Source: Octopus bimaculoides | Lineage: Eukaryota | Assembly (NCBI RefSeq): GCF_001194135.2 | Contig: NC_068985.1 | Span: forward strand, 23,140,130 to 23,203,143 | Length of the DNA: 63,014 bases | Reading direction: 5' to 3' | Shown: piece by piece, positions 12,880 to 25,479 of the stretch | Position numbering within the stretch: the first letter of the stretch is position 1 | Layout: each line of letters starts with the position of its first letter | Made by a program: the position numbers and the translations under genes | The notes under the pieces: model-generated | Databases searched by the model: none | What the model saw: only the letters and a program-made list of their open reading frames with translations | Told to the model about the DNA's origin: nothing

Positions 12880-13397
12880 CATCGTTTAACGTCCGCTTTC
12901 CATGCTAGCATGGGTTGAACAATTTGACTGAGGACTGGTGGACCAGGAGGCTACACCAGGCTCCAATCTGATTTGGCAGAGTTTCTACAGCTGGATGCCC
13001 TTCTTAATGCCAACCACTCTGAGAGTGTAGTGGGTGTTTTACGTGCCACCAGCACGAGGGCCAGTCAGGTGGAACTGGCGACAGCCATGCTCGAAATGGT
13101 GTGTTTTACGTGCCACCTGCACAGGAGCCAGTCCATCGGCACTGGCAATGATCTCACTCGAATGTCTTATAATAGTAATAATAATCCTTTCTACTATAGG
13201 CATAAGGCCTGAAATTTTGAGGGAGTGATTAAGTCGATTACATTGACCTCAGTATTCCTCTGGTACTTAATTTATCAACCCTGAAAGGATGAAAGGCAAA
13301 ATTAACCTTGGCAGACTTTGAACTTAGAACCTAAGGATGGATGAAATGCCACTAAGCGTTTTGATTGGCATGCTAACAATTCTACCAGCTTGCCGCC

Positions 13398-13447
<50 letters not shown>

Positions 13448-13690
13448 CCTTTCTACTAAAGGTACAAGGCCTGAAATTTGGTGGGAGGGGACTAGTCAAT
13501 TACATCAACTCCAGTGTTTCACTGGTACTTAGTTTATCAACCCCCAAAAGGATGAAAGGCAAAATCAACCTCAGCGGAATTTGAACTCAGAACATAGTGG
13601 CAGACAAAATACCGCTAAGCATTTTGCCTGTCATGCTAACAATTCTGTCAGCTCACTGCCTTAGTAATAATAGTAATAATAATAATAATG
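12680..13690 (-). mobile_element. Nested cluster: family C SINEs (12680-12775, 13184-13397, 13445-13662) and an RTE tail (12880-13170) separated by (AAT)n
   Basis: Repeated aatcctttctact...ggcctgaaattt...aaaggatgaaaggcaaa...tttgaact...gcctt units between AAT tracts. Confidence 0.8.
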
Positions 13691-14269
13691 AGAGGTAACA
13701 GTAGAGTTAAGTAACATACTTTTGAAGATATAAACTGTGAGTAATCAAACTAGGAGCAGCAAAGCATTCATATCTCTTTACAACAACCCTAACCATTTCC
13801 ACTGCCCTAAAACATGAAATATAATTTCTTTTCTCATATGAATATGAAATGTAATAAAATCATCAAAGGAAATCAAGTATTTCTTATCAAGCTGATTTAA
13901 AGTTTAAAAACATACAACATTTTTCAGACATTCCTTTGGGAGAGAGAGTGAGACATAGACAGACAGAAAAGTTGTTTTTTCAACAGGCCCAGGGGGTCAA
14001 TGACATTTTACTGATATTACCGTTTCAAACTATGTTCATGCTACCCTAGCTCTATGATGCAATGGAATTTCATGAACAGTTTTAGCAAAACCATGTGTAT
14101 TTGTGAGTATACATATGTATGAAGCCACTTCCTCTCTTTCATCCCATCTCTTTAATCTGTCTATGCATACATGTATATGTGATTGTGAAGGTAAATATAT
14201 GCATACACACACATACACACACACATATATACATTTATGTGTGCATGTGTATGTGTGCACATGCATATA

Positions 14270-15000
14270 TCATCATCATTTAATGTGTTTTCCATGCTAG
14301 CATAGGTAAGATGGTTCAATAGGAAACCAGCAAGCTACAGGCTGTGTTGTGTTCCAATGTCTGCTTTGACGTGGTTTCTACTGCTGGATGCCCTTCCTAA
14401 TGCCAACCACTTTACAGAGTGTACTGGCTACTTTTTTCTTGTCACTGGCACTAGTGAGATTGCCATGTAATTTGCAACACAGAAAAGAACAGAGAAAAAG
14501 GAACAAAAAGCTCTCACTATTAAGAGGAAGTATTTCAGAGGGGAACATAGTATGATAAAGAGGCAAGCACAAGTCTTGCTGAAGAGGAGATATTTGGCTG
14601 AAGGAGATAAGAGGAAAGTAGTGATGGGGTTGCAAGAGCAAATGCTCAAAAAACAAGAAGGTGAGTACAAGAAAGGACATGGACAGTGGGTCATAGGCAG
14701 GGATGGAGAGTGGATGCTTTCATAAGAATGTGAAGAGGGAGTAAACAGGTGAAATTAGAGGTTAATGTACTGAGTGATGAACAGGGGTGGGGGTGCAGAT
14801 TATGCGAAAATTTAGGGGGATAAGGTGAGAGATAATATGAGCGGCTCAGAAAGGAGAATACAACTGAAAGTAGTAGAATGATATGCAAGGTGTAGGAGCT
14901 GTGAAGAGGGGCTATAGTAGGTGGGTCATGATGGTAGGTAGGAAAAGACATTGAGAATAACAGCAGATAAGAGAGATATTTAAAATGGAGGGATATAATA
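14270..15000 (-). mobile_element. RTE-tailed element with long pyrimidine-rich body
   Basis: The RTE-type tail (14270-14450) continues into ~550 bp of purine-rich plus strand. Shares caagaaggtgagtacaaga with 50180-50210. Confidence 0.55.
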
Positions 15001-15019
15001 TGTGTGACACTATAAAGTA

Positions 15020-15215
15020 GCAAGTTGGCAGAATTGTTAGCATACCAAGCAAAATGCTTAGCAGTATTTTGGATATCTTCAAATTTTGCCAAGATTAACT
15101 TTGCCTTTCATCTTTTTAGGATTGATAAAATAAATATCAGTTGAGCACTGGGGTCAATTTAATTAACCTACCCCTCCCTTGAAATTGCTGATCTTATGCC
15201 AAAATTTGAAACCAA
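15020..15215 (+). mobile_element. Family C SINE
   Basis: tggcagaattgttagca...ctttgcctttcatc...gataaaataa...ctggggtcaat...aaatttgaaacc. Confidence 0.75.
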
Positions 15216-15530
15216 TATATGTGATACTATATATGTGTGTGCGTGTATCATCTTATATATAATAAAATGGAAGATGTGTGTGTGTACAGGACTTTTCCTT
15301 GATCCCCCTTAAAATCAATATTTTTCATTTGATTTCATTCACACTGGGAACATACATTTACTTATGTTCCAGAGATGGTCATACACTCTTCAAATTTTCC
15401 ACATAATGAGTAATGCTGCCCCTAGGGGATGAAAAGACCTTCTCATAGGTAAATAACAATTACCAACGATTGTTGCTTCAAGGGACATTACTCTTGATGA
15501 TGTAGTTATGCTTCTTTCACTTCATCTTCT

Positions 15531-15802
15531 ACTACAGTTTCTACAATGCCCATTCACTGCAAACCGCCAATATTTGCACATTAGCACTTCCTTCAGGTAA
15601 CCATGCAATTTAAATTAACTTTTGATTATTTTTTTAAATGCCTTCAGAAATTATATATATTCTCTGCTTTGACTCATACCAAATTGTGACAGTTATACAG
15701 TTTTTACAACACCCATTCACTGCAAACTGCCAATATTTGCACATTAGCACTTTTTTGAGGTAGCCATGCAATTTAAATCAACTTTTAATTATTTTTTAAA
15801 TG
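15531..15802 (+). repeat. Diverged ~108-bp direct duplication
   Basis: cccattcactgcaaac(c/t)gccaatatttgcacattagcactt at ~15549 and ~15711. Confidence 0.8.
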
Positions 15803-16794
15803 TTTTAAGACAATGTTTAACCAGAATGCCCTGAGGCTCAAACATCTCAACCCTTCCTAAGACCACTGTGACAATTTTCTGAACCCACTCAACAAACATC
15901 ATTCAGGTGACTTAACTCACCCTCTACCTTCATCAATTACTGAAAGTTGTCAGAGTGGACCTTTGAACGTCATGCTTTAAACATGGACAGTTCTACATTG
16001 GTTGTTCTAGAGTTGGCCATCCAGACAACGTATTTGTCTATACTCCTGAAGGAAAAACCAAAAATTCTGTCTACAAAGCAGCCCTACAGTAGTTATTCCT
16101 CTACTGCAATCTTCATTTCTATGCCAAACTGTAGCCATTAACAATCAAACTTCCTACCAGCATTTCATTGATATTTTGCTTCATTTCCATGATTGCTGTT
16201 AACAGTACATTACCTTCAATGACCCTTCTTACTTCACGCACGCTCTTCACTCATAAGCATGCTCTGACAATTATTTTGTACTTGCCATTATTCTATTTGT
16301 GTGTTTGCTATAAATGTTTGCTTTTGTTTATCATACATGACTTTCATTGAAAAAAGCTTCAATGTGGTTGTGTCAGGCATTATGAGTAAACTAACTACAT
16401 GCTACAAGACACATCAGGCAAGATATAGGATCCTTAATACCTAGTGCAATTGCGATCTCATTTCATGGACTTTCATTTATTACTAACTGCCAAATTTGTG
16501 TTCAAGAAACTTTATTCATTACCTAGGTTGCTTAATACCACATAAGAAACTGCTAACGAAATTAGTAATTATACGTTTTACATTTATCAACTTGAAACAA
16601 CTTCTAACTGCAGGTTAATTCAACTTAAACCATCCAAAGGAGTGTGCCATTATAATAAATTACACCATCCAAAGGACGGGTGCATTTGCTAGTATATATA
16701 TAGTACGAGTTTATTCTTAAATATTGATGACAGCGACTTCAAAATTTCAGCCAGTTAAACCATTGTTAGATTTGCATCCTCTCTCTTCTATTCT

Positions 16795-17055
16795 TTATAG
16801 GGACCTTTTTAGGTCCTTAGTCTTACAAGTTACAAGGTAATCTTCATTAACGCTGGTATCACAAAAAAAAAAAAAAAAAAAAAGGATACAATACACTCTG
16901 CTAAGTGGTTGGTGTTAGGAAGGGCATCCAACCATAGAAACTATGCCAAAGCAGACACTGGAGTATGATGCAATCCTCCAGCTTGACAAATTTTGTCAAA
17001 CTGTCCAACCCATGCCAGCACAGAAGACAGACATTAAATGATGATGACGATGATA
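16795..17055 (+). mobile_element. RTE-tail element
   Basis: gtggttggtgttaggaagggcatcc...ccaacccatgccagca...cattaaa(tga)n. Confidence 0.75.
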
Positions 17056-17077
17056 CACACACAAACACATACATGAG

Positions 17078-17087
17078 AAGCAGCAGC

Positions 17088-17118
<31 letters not shown>

Positions 17119-17120
17119 GT

Positions 17121-17158
<38 letters not shown>

Positions 17159-17185
17159 TAGAAGCTGCAATAACAACTGCTGCAG
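17078..17185. repeat. Compound (AGC)/(AGT) microsatellite
   Basis: Visible directly. Source of the poly-Ser, poly-Leu and poly-Ala ORFs. Confidence 0.95.
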
Positions 17186-18334
17186 TAACTAAAGACTGCT
17201 TACCCCAAAGGAGACTTTTTATTTTAATGGTTTTAGCCAAATTTATCTAGTTTTAAATGAATGTCTACTATCACTACTTCAGTTAGGCAGAAGTTAACAT
17301 TGTAACATAAATTCTTTTCAATGTATTACAAATGAGTCCTGCATACTTTTTTCTAACATTCGAGGTTGGGTTTGAAGAAGGAGATATTTGAATAGACTGT
17401 TATAGTCGGTTGTAAAAAAACAAAACGGCTTGAAGGGATTTTAGTTAATCATATCAATGCCCCACTACTTATTCTATTGATCTATTTTTATCAAGTAATT
17501 AACATACCTTTTTGACAATACCAGTTTTAATCCACAGTATCTTGTAAAACAAACACATAAGCACAAACATGGACACATGCACAAACCATGTATATCTGTG
17601 CATTTAAGCGTGCATGTTCACATATTTTTGTTGTCAATATATGCATATATTTACACATATGCATTTCAACCTGCTTTGATAGGTCTACATAGACACACAT
17701 ATGTACACAAAATATATATGCATGAATCAGTGAGTATGTACGTGTGTCAGAGTGAGTAAGTGAAAAGTTAATTACTACTGAGACTTTTATATAAATACAC
17801 AGACATTACATTTCATGAAACCACTTCAATGAAATGCCAGCCCTTTCATAGTTGAGCAGTGTTAGAAGTCTAGCTGAATGACTTTTTACCCAACAATATA
17901 AACAATAATTTATTCATCACTCTGGGAGGCTTGCCAAGTTGGTTCAGTTGTCCAATGACTTTCCACTCAATCCTTTTATTTGATTCCTGAAGTGCACAAG
18001 CACACATAGATTGAACAGATGAGAGAGAGAGTGAAGGAACGAGGAGGAGAGGAGGAGGAGAAAGAATACATAACACAGAGATACAATGAGAATAAAGCAT
18101 TTGTTTATGAAGCTTATCAATGATGCGTCAAAGTTGACCTTAAACCAAGCTTGCACAGTTCTAAAAATCAAACTTTGGATATCAAATACTTGGGGAGTGC
18201 CATGTTGTTTTAAAAATGTACAGTGGCTGACTGGATAACAATATTTTCCTACCATCTCAAATGATCTGAGTTCAAATATAATGCAGGCATTTTGTCATGT
18301 ATACTTGATTGTATATGCTCTGATTCACCTAGTT

Positions 18335-18580
18335 CATCATCATCATAATCATTGTTTTAACGTCCGCTTTCCATGCTGGCATGGGTTGGACGGTTTGACT
18401 GAGGACTGGCAAGCCGGGAGGCTGCACCAGGCTCCAATCCGATTCGACAAGGTTTCTACAGCTGGATGCCCTTCCTAATGCCAACCACTCCAATACTGTA
18501 GTGGGTGCTTTTTACATGCCACCTGCACGGGAGCCAGTCAAGTGGCACAGGCATCAACCATGCTCATGGAATCGACCATG
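18335..18580 (-). mobile_element. RTE 3' tail copy
   Basis: catcatcat...tttaacgtccgctttccatgctggcatgggttggacgg...gatgcccttcctaatgccaaccactc. Confidence 0.8.
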
Positions 18581-19019
18581 GTTGGGAATAAATATCAGAG
18601 CACTACAGAAAAATACTTTGATAAGCTGGCATCTTGTTCAGAGGAAGGCTTATCTCTCATCTGCTTTACACAATAAATACAAATAGTGTTAAAGAACAGC
18701 TCTTCATAACACTTTGAGCACACTAAAGCACTTACTTAATTCCCGTTACATATCACTATTACTCCAAAGTTAATAAAAAGGCAGCATCAGTTTAGACATG
18801 TTTCTAATACAATAATGTAAATTTAATGTTTTGGGATGTTTCTGTTTTTACTTATGAACACTAAATAACTAAACAGAGCAGTATCCTGATTTAAAGTTTA
18901 AATTGCAGTTTTCGATTAATGGACAAATAAATGGATAAATAAAGATATATATATATATTACAGTATTATGGTATAATGATGCAAACAGCTGATTTATTAA
19001 TTTTTTGTATACATATACA

Positions 19020-19380
19020 GGAATGGCTGTGTGGTATATAGCTTGCTTATCAACCACATGGTTCTGGGTTCAGTCCTACTGCGTGGCACCTACTATAGCC
19101 TCGGGCCGACCAAAGCCTTTTGAGTGGATTTGGTAGACGGAAACTGAAAGAAGCCTGTCGTATATATGTATATAAATATGTATGTGTGTATATATGTTTG
19201 TGTCTGTGTTTGTCCCCCCCAACATTGCTAGACAACTGATGGTGGTATGTCTACATCCCCATAACTTAACGGTTCGGCAAAAGTGTCCAATAGAATAATA
19301 AGTTCTGGGGTCGATTTGCTCAACTAAAGGCAGTGCTCTAGCATGGCCACAGACAAATGACTGAAACAAGTAAAAGAGTA
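19020..19380 (+). mobile_element. tRNA-derived SINE family B with internal (TA/TG) microsatellite
   Basis: ggctgtgtggt...ggttctgggttcagtcc...gaaactgaaagaagcc(TA/TG)n...gtttgtcccccc...tgactgaaacaagtaaaagag. More than 10 copies in the window. Confidence 0.8.
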
Positions 19381-19492
19381 TATTAATAATCTGGTCTCTT
19401 TTGCTGAACAAAGACATACCCCACCACCAAATACACACACACATATATATATATACTACAATCTTTTTCAGACATCTGTTGTCCAAATAATG

Positions 19493-19935
19493 ATTTTTCT
19501 TGACAAAGTAACAACAGTTTTTTTGAAGGGAATTGTATAGTCTATTCATCATCATCATCGTCCGCTTTCCATGCTAGCATGGGTTGGACGATTTGACTGA
19601 GGACTGGTGAAACCGGATGGCAACACCAGGCTCCAATCTAAATTTGGCAGAGTTTCTACAGCTGGATGCCCTTCCTAACGCCAACCACTCAGAGAGTGTA
19701 GTAGGTGCTTTTACGTGTCACCTGCACGAAGGCCAGTCAGGTGATACTGGCAACGGCCACGCTCGAAATAGTGTCTTTTATGTGCCACCCGCACAAGAGC
19801 CAGTCCAGGGGCACTGGCAACGATCTCGCTCGAAAATCCTACGAAGGCCAGTCAGGCGGTACTGGCAACAGCCACGCTCAAAATGGTGCATCTTATGTGC
19901 CACCCGCACAAGAGCCAGTCCAGGGGCACTGGCAT
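19493..19935 (-). mobile_element. Little-diverged RTE 3' UTR/tail with ~4 internal tandem units
   Basis: Many CpGs retained. Repeated gtgccacc...gccagtc...actggca units. Confidence 0.8.
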
Positions 19936-20299
19936 TAATTACAAATAGTAAAATAGAGTAAGTATGATATCTGAAACCTAAAATAGAAGCAACATGTGAT
20001 ATATAGAAAGATGTATTTTATAAGCAAATCAATAATGTTTTAATATTTTGTGTTACCATCACTACTTTACTTCATAGACATTGCGCAGAATTCAAAGTGT
20101 TGTACACTTCAGGGAAGGATATTGAAACAGCAAAATTGGAATATTACATGCTACTTAGAAAGGGGATTCCAAAAGTGAAAGTGGATGAATATACCAAGTG
20201 AAAGCACAAACATGTAACCTAATGAGTTTAATGACATGGATAGCATCCATGACTTAACTATAAATCAAGGAGACTAAGTTTAAGAGAAACAAAAAAAAA

Positions 20300-21090
20300 A
20301 AAAAATCAAGTAAATGATGTTTTAAAGAATTTGTAACTTCTTCACTGAAACTTTTTGCAGTCTCAGAGAATGGACTTCAGCCATATGACAGTTCTATATA
20401 CACTACAGAAGACACAAGAGTTACATGAAGATTAAGCAGCAAGTATGGCTCTAGCAGAACAAAAAAAGTTAACCATAACCCTGAATTTCCAGATAATAAT
20501 TTTATCAGGTGAATGGCTGTTTTAGTTGTGGCATTTTAAATCTTCACAATTGCAGAATTTCAAGCAATGAATCACCTAAAAACAACAATTGGTAAATGTC
20601 ACTCAAGCCCAAAGGGAAATGTCTGTATAATGTTGGTGTCACCAAGAGCTTAGAAACTTTCCTTTATTGATGGAAACATTACAAGTGAAAACTACTTGAA
20701 CATGTTAGACTATTTGGGCAGTTTTTTTCCACAATTCTCTAGAAAAAATTTACAAATAATGATCTCTTAGCAAAACAATGTACCTGTTCATTATTTATAT
20801 GTTGTCAGGGAATTTTGTTATAGAAAGTTACCAAGCTGATGATTTGAGAGAGCAAGATCACTGATATAGACATCAATGTGCCTTGATCTTGCATCTCAAG
20901 ATTTTTTTTTTTAAGGCCATATTAAGAAAGCACTTTACAACAGAAAATTCCCAAAACTTCTAAATTTAAAAGATTTCAATGAAGAAAAAGCTAAGTGGTT
21001 TGATAATATCTGAAATGTGCCAAACAGCCACTTGAAATTTATATGAATGACTGCAAATTTGCATCGATAATGGTGGCATATCTGTTAATA
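20300..21090 (+). mobile_element. Highly decayed Tc1/mariner-superfamily transposase
   Basis: Broken frames resemble QQD..P.HY...VREF / DL...DFFF.GHIKK.LY / LQICIDNGG, typical of the PARSPDL.P.DFFLWG region. Confidence 0.55.
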
Positions 21091-22424
21091 TTGATTTTAT
21101 TTGTTGTGTTATTTGTTAATAAAAATTCTTTTCTTTATATCTCATTTTGCTTCACTTTTTATTTTGGGTTTCAAACATAGTAGTTACTTTATTTACACTC
21201 TGCATTACCAGTACCTGTTTAGTCAACTTTTGAGGGGCAAAAAGCAAAGTTAATTTTTTTCCCCAACAAAATACAGGAGCAGGACCAAATCTCAGTACAC
21301 GTTATAAAATTTGGATTAGTGTACTAAGGTTCCTGCTTACACACAACCCTACCAATGTTAATTCTTCTTTAAGCCTAAGTTGAAAGCTGAGTCAACAGAT
21401 GAGAGTTACAATTAGATGAAATCCTCTGGCAGTAAAATGATGCATCAAATTAAGTCCACTTATGTTAAAAAAATTATTGATCTTTTCAATAGATATGGAT
21501 AACATAAGTACAAAACTGGAATAAGTTCAGGGGTTGATATGATCAATAAAAAAAAACCTTAAAGATGGTGCCCCACATGGCCAGAGTTCAATGACTGAAA
21601 AGAAAAAATAGAAACATATGCTGATGTTGCTGTTGTTGAAGGAATTCCAGATGGGACCACTCCATCTTTTCTTTTTCATGTATAATATATCTAGGACTAC
21701 ATTATCCAGTGTATTTTCCCTTTTCTATGAAGTAGAAAGTAAAGGAAACTTGGTTGCTATTTCTTACATGTTGAATAACCATGTAGGGATGCTTTATACA
21801 TAAGCAATAAAAGTAACAATACTTTTATGTTAGAGAGAGATTTTTTATAATGTAAAAAATAGTAAAAACATGTAATATTGAAAGCGAAATGTCTAATTAT
21901 TACTTTTAGTAGTATTTAACACTTACTTTTCATGAGCAGGCAGAAGTTCAGAAGAGCTGCAAATTTTGACATTTAAAAGTTATAACAATTAACTGACTTT
22001 TCTATAAGCTAATATTAGCTATTTCAACATAAGATATTTTAAACCAAGACAGACAGACATGAGATAGATATCTTGTTTAACTCCCAATCCAATAATTATA
22101 ATAAAATTTAGGTCAGTAGCTTAGGTTGAGTCTCAGAAACACAGAAGCATAACTATTCAACAATCACATCACTTTTCAAACAAGTCATTTAATTTCCTAA
22201 ATCCAAAATATAATGTATGGATACGAACACACAATAATAATCTTGCACTTTCTGGCTGGTTGATGTCATTTCCCAAAAGGAAATTTGTGGATCATAATTG
22301 TTTGTTGATGTTTCAAATGGAGTGATTATCAGATGTTGTAACAAACACTTAATGGTATGAAATGGTTCATCAAATGTATTGTAACACTTGAGTATTATGT
22401 ATCAAAAAAATTAAGAAAAATAAT

Positions 22425-22435
22425 AACAACAGCAA

Positions 22436-22511
<76 letters not shown>

Positions 22512-22543
22512 TTTGTTAGAGAGTCATTATTATTATTATTATT

Positions 22544-22580
<37 letters not shown>

Positions 22581-22620
22581 GGTGGTGGTAGTGGTAGTAG
22601 TAGTAGTAGTAGTAGTGGTG
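22425..22620. repeat. Compound trinucleotide array (CTA)n(ATA)n-spacer-(ATT)n(TAG/TGG)n
   Basis: Visible directly. Source of the poly-L/I/Y/V ORF 22357..22665. Confidence 0.95.
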
Positions 22621-23083
22621 ATGCAGTACCAAGCAGTGGCTTTCATGGCTTCTAATCTTAACTAATTGGAAGTGTTATCATGTACATTGTTTTGTCTTGG
22701 TATAAAAAGATGGGCTATAGCAAATATTCTGCTCAATACCACAGATTTGCTTGTCAGTTGTTTGACCTTAACCAGTTGAGCATGTCCTTTGGTAGCTGAT
22801 GATATGTGCATCTCTGATCACAAGCAGATGTAGTGGGGGTGCATCATAGCCATGTGTTAAGAGGAATTCTTTGGGGTTTGGATAATTTACTTCTGGAAAC
22901 AAGGATGTTTCATTCAACATCCTTAAACAACCCTTATTCAGGGACCTTTTGAGCAGGATGGGCTACTCAACCTGAAGAAATTTCTAACTGGGCCCCACCT
23001 GCAAGGTCATGTGCTGTTAATCTTGATATATCACCATGTCGTGCATATATGGTTTTGATGCATGTGCCTGGTATACCCTTATC

Positions 23084-23265
23084 AGAAGCTGTAGACAGTT
23101 TCCGTTACTTAAGTGACCAAGTTAGTAGTAGGAGAGGTTATTTCAAAAGCATAGCTGCTAGAATAAGAATATCCTGGTTGAAGTTCAGAGAGTTACTATC
23201 TCTGTTAGTAATGAAGGGCCTCTCCCTCAGAGTAAAAGGCAGATTGTATGATATCTGTGTATGAA
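23084..23265 (+). mobile_element. RTE RT C-terminal fragment
   Basis: VDSFRYLSDQVSS...ARIRISWLKFRELLSLLVMKGLSLRVKGRLYDICV. Confidence 0.85.
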
Positions 23266-23289
23266 TTTGGCCAAATAAAAGGGCAGGGT

Positions 23290-23700
23290 AAGGCATAACA
23301 AACAGAAGTTAATATATAACAAAGGTGACATAAATGTTTGCCACCTCTATCTGATCTTCCAGAGATAACTTCCTCTCAGTTCATTTCTGGTTGAAACTGA
23401 CCAATCTACTTGTAATGTAATCTCTGTTTCCATCCATCTTGAGATCCACATCAAACCAGACTCAATGTAACTGATCCATCAGCCAAATATCCTAGGGTGT
23501 TAGTCAATCTGCCAGACTACCAACTTGTCTAAGTTAATCTTTACTCCTATGATATATTCCTTTAGAACAGTATCGACCACTTCAGTTTCTGTGGTGTCCA
23601 ATATCATTGCAATAATGTCCACATATGCCCACATGATTTTTTCCTACATCCTAGCTTGAATGGGATGTCTCCCAACAACTTCAGTCTCCTCGGAAATGGG
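23290..23700 (-). mobile_element. Decayed Tx1/L1-type LINE RT fragment
   Basis: Broken frames: AYVDIIAMIL..TE.EVVDTVLKEY, GVKINLDK, VWFDVDLKMDGNRDYITSRL, ERKLSLEDQIEVANIY. Confidence 0.65.
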
Positions 23701-24494
23701 TTAACAGTCAGTACATATAGAAGGAATAAGAAAGAAAATATTTTTGATGAACTGAGTGAATGATTTGAAATTGTTCTGATAGGTGGACATTTAATTTTAC
23801 TACATGAGTAGCTGTCATTTACATTGCTGTGATCCAGCTTCTGAAAAGGAGAATGAAACTGGCTACTTTCAAGTCCTCCTGTCCTATGATATCCTTTTTA
23901 ACAGCCTCCAGTTACTTCCATTCTTTACCTTCATTTATAGCTCCGGTTATCCTTTCTAACTTCCTTACAAGGACTTTCAGACCATGACATCATCAGTTTC
24001 TGAAGTGGAAAACCTACTTTGCCTAAAACATGTGATTTTTCTTTTTTGTTAATTTTTTTTATAGTAAGAAATGTTAGCAAGACTGCAAACCCAACAGACA
24101 ACACCCACCCTGGAAGATCATGTCTGACTTTACTCTGACATGCCCACAGACAAGCAATAAGTCACTTTTTGTATCTTAGAGAGAACACATCCACCTCCAT
24201 TATGAATAATTAAATGTTGAAAAGCATTTTTTTGGTGCTCAATTGATTCTGTTATCTACCAAGTTTATTTTCCAAGATATCAATAGCTGAGAGTTGATTA
24301 ATAGAATAGTAATGAAAAGGGGTGTATGTATAAGAATAATACAGCCTATTTTGTAAAACTAATGCTCTCTTATTATTTTCAATTTTAAAATGAATTCATA
24401 ATAAATAATTCTCTACTTCAAATGACAATAAAATTCTTAAAAACTATTTATACAAATAGCTGTTCATTTTAAGTCATTTTAATAACACCTCTCA

Positions 24495-24542
<48 letters not shown>

Positions 24543-25441
24543 TCAGGTAATCTATAGCCTGCATAGCAATCTTAATAACAAATTGCATGAATAAAATGGT
24601 ATGAAAATAAATTATTTAAAGACAGAACTCAGCTTGATGAGTAAATGATTAATTATTTAATTATAGCATAAGAAACATAGTTGGCAGGTGTATTTCTTGA
24701 ATACATAATTGTTTAGTATCACACAAACTGCATAAGCATTTTCAGTGAAGTGGAGATAGGAAGTTGATAATAGCAAAGAGACTGCTAATAGTGGTACTAC
24801 TGATAGCAACAAGGGAAGTATGATGACAATGAAAATTATAAGATTATGAAGTACAAATGCTATACAGTAGGGTCTATTAAATATAATCATTGTGTCTGCT
24901 CCCTACATTAATTATGTTAATATTAACTTCACTATAGTTTTTCACATAGATGGCATCTCTGAATTGTTTGTCTCTTGGACAATTCCATTTTCTATGCCAA
25001 CCAATGTAGAATCTCGTAGATCTATTAAGTTATTCTTTCATTCCTGTTTTGGCAAGTATGATGAAAGACATTCTTTACTGATAGAATCAGAATTAAACTG
25101 AAATATATCCAAATTTGTCTCCCCTCCTTGCTTAACCATTAGAATAATATTAGTAATATTTGTCGTGGACTAATTAATATTTTCTTTTCTTTGTCACTGA
25201 TTAATTGTTTTTCATAAACTGAATGGTGACAAACAGAACAAAAATGAAAGGACATATTTTGTGATGTAAGTCCTACACAATGAGTTGAGGTTTAGGCATT
25301 GTAAGAGGAAAAGATCATGTAAGATAAGATCTGAGCTTAAGGAAACAGGAAGTGGTCTGTTTCAAATGCACTAAATTTAAACTCTCAGTAACTTTAGTAT
25401 AAGTAGTGCTCAGAATGTTGAGATCAAATCATTGTTCAAGA

Positions 25442-25478
<37 letters not shown>

Positions 25479-25479
25479 A

